A stretch of DNA of 64,000 bases, taken from the NCBI GenBank assembly GCA_951804945.1, contig OX638156.1:35030001-35094000 (forward strand), written 5' to 3'. The DNA comes from Podarcis cretensis. Its lineage: Eukaryota. The position numbers and the translations under genes were made by a program. The notes beneath the pieces are model-generated. The model was given only the letters and a program-made list of their open reading frames with translations. It did not search any database and had not been told where the DNA came from. Numbering within the stretch: position 1 is the first letter of the stretch; each line of letters opens with the position of its first letter. Positions 23,901 through 35,349 of this stretch are shown in pieces.

Positions 23901-24339
23901 TTCTCTCAGCAAACTCAGGGAAATTGGGTGGCATAAAGGACTTCCATGACCGCCTGTTGACATTCTCCTTCTTCTCTGGATTTGGCCGCCGCCTTGGGGG
24001 TGCCGGTGCTGACTTGGAAACATCACTACTAAGTTTCAAGGCATCAAAAATGACCCTCTCGTCTAACTTTTTGCTCTCGGGTGCCTTTGATTCAAAGACA
24101 CTGGGTGCCCCTAAAGTTCCATTGCTAGAGATTGTGCTGCCATCCCCTTTTTCAAGGGTACTCTTGGAAGGCTGGCTAGTCTTGGACCCCTGATCAATTT
24201 GCTCATTTATCCTCATGGTGTCATAGATGGACCTCTGAGGGACGTAACAGTCTTCTATATACCCATCCTCATCCTCTCCTTTCCCCAAGCAAGCAGGACT
24301 CTGCCTTAAACAGTCAGGCCTGCTGAGTGGCTTGCCCAT
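20977..24339 (-). CDS. KIAA0754: KIAA0754-like 1120-aa single-exon ORF / MACF1 alternative first coding exon (spliced form 21022-24339)
   Basis: N-terminus MGKPLSRPDCLRQSPACLGKGEDEDGYIEDCYVPQRSIYDTMRINEQIDQGSK matches recalled human KIAA0754, which is nested in a MACF1 intron; good Kozak context (agtATGG); acidic low-complexity remainder. Confidence 0.9.
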   Translation of the reverse strand: MGKPLSRPDCLRQSPACLGKGEDEDGYIEDCYVPQRSIYDTMRINEQIDQGSKTSQPSKSTLEKGDGSTISSNGTLGAPSVFESKAPESKKLDERVIFDALKLSSDVSKSAPAPPRRRPNPEKKENVNRRSWKSFMPPNFPEFAERIEASLSEVSEAGVSNPSLQEKQESTAMLAESPRQSDQGECMSEPLTLEHIPKLSGVPEIQEVKQLSEAFCELSQDECQPLLGPEDMVVDLTGGRRRDHRLSSATWPRVMKNAIRAGLGSGHHDTLEADNTDCVIETVPLSPCLSEELLDPGMSILIAPNLREKTESELRFEEDERLIMMEAGEEWEEGLLSGKAAEKRSCYLTDISEEKEQLSVPAVTVTEAVESFAGVQGTSNHPSHWQELWDDSQLRAVNSAPVPQETHQDLNATLEEEEEAGACNAEAVAAKVEEEEFASGLEACASSLAPEQFSDTDSVQMFLELEKLCMLEEGGDGVAPGDLEVQDANQCSEGLDMQKDMAGASQPLTHLEVSMADSAVVSDLEDFDATCGSQAVSTAEATLSECYSERETSGDSEKVTSSSPPLEKDAVSQQSLSSLVSQIEEYGAELLAGHDPAESQRVKGLLDFAMGEPVASVDFPCCREPPPCIHVLAIGRETEQQQMQPVICYEAKEVSPSHDELATTAEELDSQPDFGLAKEMVSAMGKELQACDELNPSERTDFSNWDVPELVSEDEVAELDKENLLCGGHVSDIEDVDSSWVPSQSEFVLRDSEEPLKHVGSSENLKAVCQLEPLTRLLCDGEVSASAALLQEETPEVVEQGAAAAAKGSPVEEKRYCLEAGDLEFLFGQSRDSEITKDEECSAKFVCTNSQAFVEDLFAAQPSSEDLASSFGEESASVSPLPSDKALDAPPDSPEVLADPFPSAGVEPSITDGPEAVTCSTLPLPSSLASTPEAEGPVVDAACLSRYKEVCDQDGLPGVTSEPKAEDLISFLPNAEEMSSASVPFSLENMPLSREERPALEELANATMSTSTKEPVQVAQAIKGLAISMPLGADGVPEPPEVGFSLAPGAVWDTVCSTPQLPSSAAPESGEEELTSAVPDSESTSFSSLAAEGPPAETNGLVPDNEVFVSPGPHTLPYQT

Positions 24340-24405
24340 ACTTTTCAAAACAATAAAAGAAAACAGAACAGAATAGAATGGGGGGGACCCTGCAGAGAAG
24401 AGTCC

Positions 24406-24428
24406 CACAACAACAACAACAACAACAA
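24406..24428. repeat. (AAC)n microsatellite in the KIAA0754-like leader
   Basis: direct reading. Confidence 0.9.
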
Positions 24429-24699
24429 AAACCTCCCCTGCCTCACAAGCTCTCCATTCAAAGCAAAATGAAATAGATTATGGTGGAGCAAGGTGTCTTT
24501 TGAAAATCCCTAATAACCACTTGGGAGGCCACAATTTTGTATTCCACAGAAGTTACAGAGCTTTCCAGAGAGAAGTCATCTTCCACCGTGGAAGTCCTTG
24601 AAAGAGGCAAGGCATTCCATGGCTCCTGCGGAAACGCTAGCAGTCCAAGGCCAACACATAAAGCCGTTTCTGCCGATCGCTATTTGCAAGCCCTCTGCC

Positions 24700-26350
24700 T
24701 CCTCCGGCTGCTCGGTAGGGCTGCTCTCCTTAAGGCAAGTCTTCCAGCCCGCTCCGACAAAGCCTCTTCCAGAGGGCGCCCCGGTCGGAAGCTCAGCAGC
24801 GGCGGCGGCGAGGAAAAGGCCAGCTCTCGGGAAGGCGGCCGCAGAGCGCGCTCTCCTGGCGGAACAAAGGCCCGGCCTCCCGCGCGCCTCCATGCCCGGG
24901 CAGAACTGCGCTTTGCAGAGGCTGCTTCGTCGGCCCCTCGGCGCGGCGCGGCTGGCTCGGACTGCGCCCGGCGGCGGAGATCCCTCGCGGTCCCAGCGCA
25001 GGAAGTTCTTCATGCCGGGCGACGTCGGGCGCCTCCAGTCGGCCCAGCATCCTCGGCCGGCGGGCGGGATAGCTGGTTCAGCCCCGCTAGCAAAGGCCCC
25101 GGAAGGTAGCGGGCAGCTCTCCCCGTGCAGTCTGGGAATCTCGGGGCGAAGTCTGCTCGGCGTTCCTCCCTCGCTCAAGGGCGGCGGCAGCCGGCGGACA
25201 GAAGCAGAGGCGCCCCCGCAGGGGACGGGCCGGGACAGCCGGCTGCCGGTGTCCTCGCCGGGCGGCTCTCGGCTCCTACCATGCTCGGGCCGCGCAGACG
25301 GAGCTCTCTCCGCTTGCTTGCTTGCTCGCTCGCTAGCTCTCCAGGAGGGAAGTTTAGTTGGAGCCTTTTGTGCGTCGCGGCGGCGGCAGCGGCGGCAAGA
25401 GCGGGGCCCGCCTCCCCCGGCAGCCGTCCCCGCCGAGCCGAGCCGTGGGCTGCATGTCAAGCGAGCAGCAGGAGCAGGAGCCGCCGCCGCCGCCGCCGCC
25501 CCCTCTTCTGTGCTCCCGAACGGGGCTGCAGCTGTCACGGCCCTTCTCAGCGCACAAACTTCTTGCCGGGGGAACAAAAGGCTGCGCGGCGAGGCTCGCT
25601 CGGCTGGAGGGATGCAGAGCGCGCGACGGCTGGCTGGCTGGCTGGCAGGCCGCTCCTCTTGCTCGCCCTTGGAGGAGGGCCGGCGGGGCGAGACCAAGCA
25701 GCAGTCCGCCCCCCTCCCGGGAAGCCCAACTCCGGCAGGAGAGCTCCGGCCCTCAGCGCCAACGGCTGCGAGATTCCGGCTGGGCCAGCGAGCTGCCAAC
25801 TCCGAAGGGAGGGGACGCGCCGAGTGGCGGGGAGGGAGAGAGGGGAGGGAGGAAGGAGGCGGGGACCAGCAGGCGAGGCGAGGCGGAGCGGGGAGGAGGT
25901 AGGATGGGGGCGGCCTTAGTGAGCCCCAGGCGGGCTCGGCGAAGCCAACGGCCACGGGCGGATCGAGGCGCGGAAATCCAGCCCCGCCAGTCAAGGACCC
26001 GGCCGCTCAGCAGCGGGAAACGCGGCTGGGCGCTGAGCCTGGTCCGCGGGGGAGAAAAGGAATCTTGCTGCTTCAAGGGGAGAAACAACCCCTCCCCCGC
26101 CTTGTCTGGGTCTCCCCCTTCGCCTGGGGCGGAGGTAGCAGCGCAAATCCCTTGACAAAGAGCAGCGGCGCCCTGCGTCCCTCCAACGCGCCCCTCCGCT
26201 GGCTGACTCCGGTTCGCGGAGGCCAAGACTTTTTGGGGGGCGGGGGCGGGGGCGGGGAGAGACGCCTTGCGATCAGCAACCGCCCGCACGACTGCCAGCG
26301 AATCTCTCTCCACCCTCTCTCCGGCAAACAACCGTCCCCCAAACCAGAGA
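24700..26350. promoter_or_regulatory. Intragenic CpG island; probable internal promoter for the KIAA0754-like/short MACF1 transcript
   Basis: abrupt rise in GC and CpG density, GC boxes (ggggcggg) and a (GCC)n tract, directly upstream of the KIAA0754-like ATG on the minus strand. Confidence 0.88.
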
Positions 26351-27313
26351 AATAGAAGGTTCTGCCTCTAGTAGCACACTGGAGCCGCAAAGATGGTAGA
26401 GACGTTTCGTTGGAGCGTGAGAACGCGCCGCTTGAACATGTGCAGAGTGCAGAGCAAACAATCTTCTCAAAGCTGCAATTTTCACTAGGAGGCGGAAATG
26501 ATAGTACCTCACCACTGTCTTCCTCCTAGGCATACAAAACCACTATTCTAAATTGCTGACGTTGGGTTTTTCCAGGAGAGGGCAGGGGAAATAACTTGCA
26601 GATGAGCTTATTAATATGATGGAGCAGGGGAGGTACCTGTGCAGAGTAAATCCCTCTTCCTTAGCTCTTATTTGCTATCCAGCAATTGGCTAAGGAGTTG
26701 CAGGTCATTTAAATCTGCAACCTTACAGCTTTGACAACACTGTGTATGAAAGCATCCTCAATTCCATTTTTTTTTAAAGCACAGGTGTGCATGTGTGAGA
26801 AAACAGCAGGACAGGGTCAAGATGTGTCTTTATGTGGAAATATCTGCACAAAGGTATGCTAGGATATTTCAAATGGGGCTAAAGTTTCATAGTTGGATTT
26901 CAAAGGCGTTTGCCTGACATTTCCCTTGCAACACACCATTTTAGGAGGGCCATAGCAAAGACCCAGCATAACCTGCTTCTAACTACATGATAGGATTAAG
27001 CCCTGTGAAACAAAGAATAAAAAAGTTCCTCTTTTGGGGGCCTTTCTCACACAACATCACACCCACAACCAGCCCTCATGGTACTGTACACTTCCAAAGA
27101 ATAGAATGTGAAGAGTGAGCCTCGGTTAGTAAGGTGTAAAGCCTCACATGAAAAGCTGTGATTCGTCTCTATGCCTCCTTTAAATTTTCAGGGCAATATG
27201 AATGGAGACAGGTAAGTTGGGTCAGATGGAGAGGAAATGCAGCAAGCTTCCCACTTTAGCTGTGGCTAGGGTGGGGTTGCATTAATGAATCACAGCGCAT
27301 TTTGGTCACGCTG

Positions 27314-27315
<2 letters not shown>

Positions 27316-27346
<31 letters not shown>
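27316..27346. repeat. (CA)n microsatellite
   Basis: direct reading. Confidence 0.95.
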
Positions 27347-27348
<2 letters not shown>

Positions 27349-30300
27349 CAAAGGTGGGGTGAAATGTAGGCAGCATCACCCCAAGGAGTGAAAAGAGCAG
27401 CCCTGCAGTGACATGCAGTGGCTCATCCAGAGGCTCAGTTTGGGCCATGGATCTCCACAGCGTACTTGTTTTTACTGCAAGAGTGCCTCTGACCATGTGC
27501 AAACACTTTTAAACAAGTCACTCCCTGCCAATCTGGCTTCACTGCAACATGACTATTTGCACAAACAAAGCACCAAGAGCAAGCAAAGGTGAAGGTTTCT
27601 AGCTCTAGCAACACTGCACAAAGCGAGGAAGGACTCAGGGGGAGCTGGCAGGAGAAACTTTGCACAGGCGTTTGCCTCAATGAGGCCCTGAATCCTTAAT
27701 GCTCAATAGTCCCAACTCCTTGTAGTCATACAGTTTTCAAGCTTTTCTACCTTGAACTTGCCCACCTTGACATGTAGGAGGGCATCATTCTCAGCTCATA
27801 CCAGGTGTCCTGGGCTTGTCCCTGGAAACCAAAAGCACAGCCTGCAACACCCTGTGATTGGTGAAGGGAGTTGCTGGTAGCCTTGGGGCAAACACTCTTT
27901 CAGGGAAGATTGTCTACCTTGATTTGAGGAACCCACAGTGAACACTTGACAAAGCACAGATTTCCTCATTATACGATCTGGAAATCATGGCCAAAAAGCA
28001 GTTGCCTCTTCTGCAACAGCACGTTCACGCACCTTCTCCCCACAAAACCTGCAAGGTTGTGATTAAAAGCAGCAACTGAACCCGGATTGTATGGGTGGGG
28101 GTAGAAGTGGGCGAGTGCAATTCACTTTCCATGCAAAGATAGCTCACACTCCTACCCAAGAAATCACCCTCCTAGGAGCTTCCTCCCACAATCAACCAAA
28201 GCAATCCAGGGCACAGGTATGCTGCATAAAGCAGGTGCACAATCCAGCGAGGCAATTCTGGGGGAGGAGCAATTCTTGTCAATCAAATCAAACTTTAAAT
28301 ATGATTTCCTCCCCCAAGGCGAGGGAGAAAACTTGGCAAAAAGTTAAGGGATGGGCCAAGTAAAGTTGATCCAGATTATCTGCTTGGATTCTGGTACCAC
28401 AGAGCATTCATCTCATTAACCAACATTTCATTGCATCATTTATACCAAACAGGAAATTTCACCACCAAAAAGCCCTATAGCAATGGCTGCATACAGGGTT
28501 AGAGAGATTGCCCAGCCTCCTCTCTTCCCAGAGCCCCACCAGCCAATATACTGTTTTGTGTGCACACAGAGACCCCCTTCCTGGCCTTTCCCTTGCTTGG
28601 CTCAAGAGCGCAGTAGACAGCCAGACATTACAGTCACAGAAGAACGTCTAGGCTAGCTGTAATAATTGGATGCAGCTGCAACAATAATCTGGCCAGTAGT
28701 TTCACCAAAGCAGGCCCTTCATGTGCCACCGCCGCCTTCGCTGTTCAAACTGCCTTCAATTGCGCAGGGCGAGTTTTTCTTTTTTAACGGCTCTCCCAGC
28801 TTCCTGCAGGAAGAATCTGAGGAATTCCATGTGAGGTTTTCCCCCTCACTTATAAAAGGACGATGTGTTGAGTTTGCAGCCAGGAATTCTTTGGCTATTT
28901 CCTCATCAGGTCACATGCCAACAAAAGGAGTGCCAATATACATTCATTCCCCTCCTCCTTGGAAGAGGGAATGTAGGCCTATCCCCTTCCCCACTAAAAT
29001 CAAATATGCACATAAAGATACATAAAGATACTGACATCGAAATTGGTCTGTCCTTCATCACACAAACTGACTCTCTTGAAGCTGAAATATTTGCTTTGAA
29101 CTGGCATTACTTCAAGCCTGCTTGACGGTCTTGGAAAAATTCCAAGTGGCAACAACTCACACAAGATGCCCACGTATAAGAATGGTAACATTTCTTCCAC
29201 TCCACCCACTTCCTTGAAATGGTCTCTAAAATTTCAGCTCTGGCAACTATGAATCTAAAATATCTCTTCCCCTGCACCAACTGATTCTTTAAGATAGGGG
29301 TAGGGAACCTGGAGTCTAAGTACTGCAGACCTCACTTTCTGGTCCTTGGGAGTCTCCACAGGCCACACCTTTCACTGGCCCTGCCTAAAACCACTATCCT
29401 GGAGTAGTTTTGCTGGCTTAAATGTGCCCTCAAACTTGGATAATGCCTCTTCCTTGCCTGGAGAGAGTAGGAACTAATGCCTCCCTGCTCCTATATATGT
29501 TTTTCAAAAACCTGGAAGGACATTTTACCTGGTTGGGGGGGGGGAATCCTTTTGGGTTCATAACAAGAGGGCACTCCTTTAAATGAATAATGGCTACTTC
29601 CTTATGACTGTCTTCAGCACTTTGAGTGTTCTGGGGTCCTTCCAATAAGATGCTCTGAGCACCCAGAAAATTGGCCCAGGTGTAGGAGATTGGTGGAGTA
29701 CAAGATTTCTGAGGGATCCATGGGGACGATGGTTCCTTTTGCATTTCTTGCAGTGTGATGTAGAAAGACCGGCCAAGCAGCCAGCTGTGGCACTGAACTA
29801 TATTTACCTGATGATGGAACTTCCAGACTCTGTATCCCCTAGCGACAATTTAGAAGGAAGGGCGTGAGAGAGAGGGAGAACAAGCCAAAGGCACGTCTGC
29901 TGATTTCAGTTTATTTGTGGGACTACAGTATGCCTGGTGAGCAAAGAAACCCAAGGCAAATTCAAGCAAACTCCCAAGCCCACATGCACAGCAAAGGTTT
30001 GTTAGCTCAAGAAGCTCATCCTTTCGAGCAGCCCCAACCTGACACCTTCCAGATGTTTTGGACTACAACTCCACCAGCACGGCCATGTGATGCTGGGGCT
30101 GCTGGAAGTGGTAGTCCAAAATGCCTGGAGGACAATAACTTGGGGGGGGGGGGCACTTTTAAGCCAAAGTTGGTTTCCTTCTGTAGCCAGCAGCTTTTCA
30201 CAAAGCATTTCTTTAAAAGGAGGAGCTGGGACTTTGCCCACTGTTGCACCTGGGTCCCCGCCTTGTTAAACTGATTGCAGGGTTTGCTGTAGTAGCTCAA

Positions 30301-31419
30301 CAGTGGATGGAAAGCAGTCTACATGCTCAGAAGTACAGTGTTAATCCACATGTTTTGGGAATGTGGCTTGTAGCCACAGAGCTACAAGCAGATTCCAGGA
30401 CTGTGCTCTGGTGCCACTGAGCAAATTAATCCTACAAACTGATCTTAAGTAGGGCTGTCGAGCAATTAATGAATGGCAGTTGATAACTCACAAGGCAGGT
30501 GGTATGAGGCCGCTTCCTATGTTCCTGACTCAGACCCTTGGACCCATCTATCACAGTACTGTCTACACTGACTGGCAGGGACTCTCCAAGGTTTCAGGCA
30601 GGAGATCCCAAAGTCTAAAATATTTCTACTGTATTGAGACAGCAGCAGTGGCATTTTAAAGCACACTATTAACAGGAAAAGACCACCTTCAATGTTTTCT
30701 TTTTGTCATTTTCTTATGGCAGTGGCACACTGTACTCAAAATAGCCTCAGAAAATAGGTAAGTGGTTTTTTAAAACTCTGCTAATTAAAATCTGTTCCCA
30801 TGGATTCATCAGCAAAAGATTTAGTTGATTGATCTACTGATTAAATCAATTAAAGCTTGAAGCTCAAGTCTTAAACTATGGGTTGTGTTTCACAAACAAG
30901 GCATAAGAAGACTGTTGATGGTTAAACGGCACCAAGGATTACAGCAAAACTCCCTATTTTTCCTTCAGAAGGCAGAGCACCTCCATATATGGGGCTTGCT
31001 GGGCATGCAAAAGTATACAACACAGCCTGTATTTTGCTTATGGGCCTTGCCTCGTGCACCCCCCTCCACACCGCCCATTTGCAGACTTCAGCGCCCTCCT
31101 TACCCCTATCTGCTAAACAACTGCACAACAGCTCCTCCAGGCAACAACACAAACTGCTTGCACGGGCAAGCCACATCAGGAGGCTATTTGGATGGGTATT
31201 TTTAGGTCCCTTGTAATGCAACTTAGCAGCTGGAAGTAAGCAGCAAAGCAAAGCACTTTCCTCAAGACTTCATTTCTAAAATGTGAGGGGCCCAGACCCA
31301 ATATTAGCCTAGAAGGAATTCTTCACTATTCTACCTTGGTGTGTGAGCGGCTTGAGGCTGCTCAGTGGTGAGAATTCACCTAGCACGTGCCCAGTAACAT
31401 GTTCACTTCTTTAGAATGA

Positions 31420-31750
31420 CAGAACGTAAGAACAGCCTACTGGATCAGGCTCACCTAGTCCAGCATAGGTGGACATCCTTTTCTTATAGTGGCCAACCAG
31501 ATTCCTGTAAGAAACCCTCAAGCACAGCTCAGGCATAATGGAAGCATTGCTGCTTCCAACTGTGGAGGTAGAGCATAGGCATCGTGGCTAGTAGCCAATG
31601 ATAGCCCTCCCCTCCATGAATTAGTCTAATCTTCTTTCAAAGTCATCCACGTTGGTGGCCATCACTGCCTCCGGGGGGAGCAAGTTCCATAATTTGACTG
31701 TATGCTGCATGAAGTACTTTCTTTGATCTGTCCTGAATCGTCCAGCATTA
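31420..31750 (-). mobile_element. Old CR1-family 3' end (related fragments ~8455-8680, 15840-16050, 31915-32100, 56230-56460)
   Basis: shared taagaacagcc...ggatcagg...gtggccaaccag...agccaatgatagcc pattern. Confidence 0.6.
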
Positions 31751-34700
31751 ATTCACACACTCCAAGGCTAAGCCCATGGCAGTGGAAGCAGGCTTTGATT
31801 CAAACAACACCCCCTGATTTCCTAGGCCCAATCCGCGATCTTTGACTGGACTATGATGGGGTTATTGGGGAAAGATGGGGGGGGGGCAGTTTTGGCTAAC
31901 ACAGAACTATGATGTAAGGAGACACCTGCTGAATCAGGCCAAAGGTCCATCTCAGCCCAGCATCCTGTTTCCAACAATAAGCAACCAGAGACATCTTGGG
32001 AGGCCACAAGCAGGTCAGGAGGAAAATAGGCTGATCCTCACAGTTTGTCCCAGGTTTCTGGTAGGCTGCCTCTGCACTTGGAAGTTCTAGTTAGCCATTA
32101 TGATTCTTGGAAGTTCATAAATGTACAGCACCTTTTCTTTTTCACTTTTTTTGTCAGTGACCTTACAATCTTATCTGCTTCTTTTTAAGGATAGTTATGG
32201 AGATTTTGCAGCAATCTTCCTCAAACTGGTACCCACTAGATGTCTTAAGACTACAGCTCCCATCAACCCGAGAAAGGCATGGCTGATTTACAGGCACAAA
32301 GTTTTTCACAGGGAGGTGCTCCTCCGCAACCACAGCCAGCAGCATTAAAGTTATCCCAGTGCTAAGCTCTCTGTGATTATGCTAATTCAGAATTTAACAC
32401 TGAACCTTCGCACAAGCACACACCCTCCTACGAAAGAAGCGGGATTTGTATAATTTATTTTAAAGCCCCTCCTTCACTCACGCTCAGCTAGTACTTACGA
32501 AACACAAGGGATTTACTTTATCTTTCCTCCTCCATTCAACCTCTTCCAGCCTAGATCCAGCAGTTCTGCCTGCACCAATCTTTGAGGGGAGGAAATTACA
32601 TTTCTGTGGACATAGGGGGTAGCTGTGACACAAGGCTAAACCCTCAGCTCCAAACGTGCTCTAGACAAAAGCTGCCAGGCTAATCCCACCCAACTGCACT
32701 GCACTGGGCAATTCCTTTTATCTGCTTTGCTCATGACAGACTTCAAACTGATTTCATGTCAGGTCTCAGGCACCTTACAATCCTGCTTTCCTAAGAAGAA
32801 AAGCCTCTTCTCTTCTTGCAGATTGTGGTTAAAAGAAGGTGGCCTTGTCCCAACAGCCAGAGTTAGCATTTCTGCAAGCGATGCAACAGAATTTCCTAGA
32901 ATGCACTGCAGAAAATTGCTCCCCACAGCAGCCCAACCAGGCCATGCCTGGCAAAGTGCCTGGATTAAACCTGCTCACCAAACTGACTGAAGCCCACCAG
33001 GCACAGATAAAACCTTGCTAGATGCTAAGCAACCACCAGGAAACAAAACCAGGAAGTTTCTGGAGCCCTACAGTCTGGCATGGTCCATTTAAGGAGCATA
33101 TTTCATCCACAGAAAATAAGGAAGCACAACACCACTGAAAGAAAGTTGCAGCTCCAATACAAGCTTCTCTTTCTGCCACTGGAAGGAATATCATCTCACA
33201 CTGGTGGTGGCAAGCCCTTGTTCTAGCTCCTTTGGGGAGTAGTGGAAGAAAACTGGTCTATATAGTACAGCAACCCATGTCCTGCAATCCTGGTTACAAT
33301 ACCATTCAGAGAGAGTGTTTTCAGTGTCCTCAGATGTGACATTTGGCACCAGCAAAGGCCACTTCAAGTGACAGGATTAGGGCTACTCCATCAACTCAGC
33401 TGTGAACTGCCACAGTTGGGCTTCCCACTTGCCCAGAACTCACCCTCTCAGTGGCCATTCCTCCTAGTTGCCCAACATTTACTTTTTTTTGAAGAATTTG
33501 TACCTAAAATTGCTCATTCTCCAGCACTAGATGCTACACTGAAGAGTGGCCCTCACTTCAGCCATCCCAGGGAGTGGTGGATCCTTCCCACTGCCATGCC
33601 TTCATCTATTCCTCAAACTGAAACCCTGCCTGGCCTTCTGATTGGCTGGGAGATCCCTATGTAAGCTTCCCACCTTTGCAGCTCATCCAGTCCTTGGGCA
33701 TTCTGTTTGCAATCTTCCATCTGCACTTCAGGCCTCTCCTGGGTTTCCCACCTGATTAAGAGTCCCCTCTGATGCTTCACCTGGGTTGGCACTCAGCTGA
33801 GCTAAACCCTGGGCTTGTTTCCTTAAGGTTAATTTTCTTTTAAACATATACCAAATGCATTCCTCTTGCCACTAAGTAGCTTGCTTTAACAGACTGGAGA
33901 TTTTGGAGCAGAGCTTCCAGGCGAAAGATGCCAAATTTGAGCCCTGGGCACCCAATTGTACGTACAACATACACTCTTCTATCTCCTTTTCCTTTTCTTC
34001 AGAAAAATAACCTCTGTCGCCAGCCTCCAGCTCATGAGTCACCTGCTCATTCTTAGTCTCTGAAACTGTGTTGCCTTAAATTTTGGGAAACTATGTAAGT
34101 GGACATAAATGACTAGTTTGTTGTCGGGAACCGAAAGCGCCCTGGTGATGCCAACCTCAGATAAAGCGGGTATTTTGCAGAGCTGCTAAGTAAACAGCCT
34201 CTTGGCTTGCCAGGCCAAACACTACAGTGCTCACAGCTGCTGCCCATTCTGGGACGCACCCTGCAGGAAACACAACTCTCTCTCCCTACTCTGCTTGGCA
34301 AACTCAGCTGCTGATTGATTTCCACAACAGGAAGGTGTGGCAAGCAATGGGAGCTGATGAAGCATCCTTTTATGTTGTTTACCAAAGGGTCAAATTAGAT
34401 ACGCACACATTTCCCCAAACACAAGGCCAACTTGCCTTCCAGCACAGGGGAGCTTGAGAGCTGTTAAGAAGGCAAACACGAATGCCCACCCATCTAAAGC
34501 AGCCTTTGCCAACCTGATCAGACTACATCTCCCATCCTCAGCTACCACAAAGGCTGCTCTAAAGTGCTGAATTGCTAGCAATCATCAATCAGTGGACAGG
34601 TGCTTGGCTCACACCCTCCAGTTACTGAATCTGCATCTGCCTTCTCTCAACTTGGGGCATTCTGTGCTCTGAACTCTATGGGGAATGGCCCTGTTATATG

Positions 34701-35310
34701 ATCAGGTGGTCCTTCCAGGATTCCCACTCCTCCTTTTCACTCTTCCCAGCTGTGCATGAGTGCTAACTGTGGTTAGCCGTTGGAGAAACATTCAGCACAT
34801 AAGCAGAAGCAATCTTGCTTATTGCTACTTCGCATGTTGCAGGGCTGAACTTTGCACTGCAAACAAGTCCTGGGAGAAGACTCTAGCCTGGGTACCTGCT
34901 CCCCTTGATCAGAAGGGGAAACCCTGTTGATTGTGGTGCTGCCCGGCTCATGTTTTTCTGTAACAAGGCCTCCTTGGTGGTGGATCCCCATTTTTGGAAT
35001 GACCTCCCTAGTAAGGTGTGTCCAATTTACATTCAGGGGGCATTTGCTGACTGAAAAGATCTTTATAACTATTTGCTGTGAGGATATGCAGCTGTTTTAA
35101 AATGTTTTTAGGTGGCCTTAATGTTTATAAAGAGATTTTTATTTTATTGTAATTGCATTGTTTTACTACCTTGTTGCTTACTGCCCTGGGCTCCTTTGAG
35201 AGCAAGGTTTGGGCAGAAAATTAATTAACAAATAAGCAAACAAATAAGCAAACAGGGGAGAAACTGAGTTCAGCATCAACTCCCAAGGGAGCCAGATTGC
35301 ACCTCATCCT

Positions 35311-35349
35311 GAGAGAGAGAGAGAGAGAGAGAGGTAGAGAGAGAGAGAG
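35311..35349. repeat. (GA)n microsatellite, interrupted
   Basis: direct reading. Confidence 0.9.

Noticed and set aside
20996-24193. Plus-strand ORFs overlapping the KIAA0754-like ORF (and those opposite MACF1 exons)
   Set aside because: Antisense shadows of a real coding frame
24340-24408. 23-aa N-terminal extension in the ORF track (1143 aa)
   Set aside because: Starts at a non-ATG codon in pyrimidine-rich sequence; the homologous start is MGKPLS at 24339
24537-26533. Many long overlapping ORFs (up to 472 aa) on both strands
   Set aside because: Expected from stop-codon depletion in a CpG island; Ala/Arg/Pro/Gly-biased with no recognisable domain
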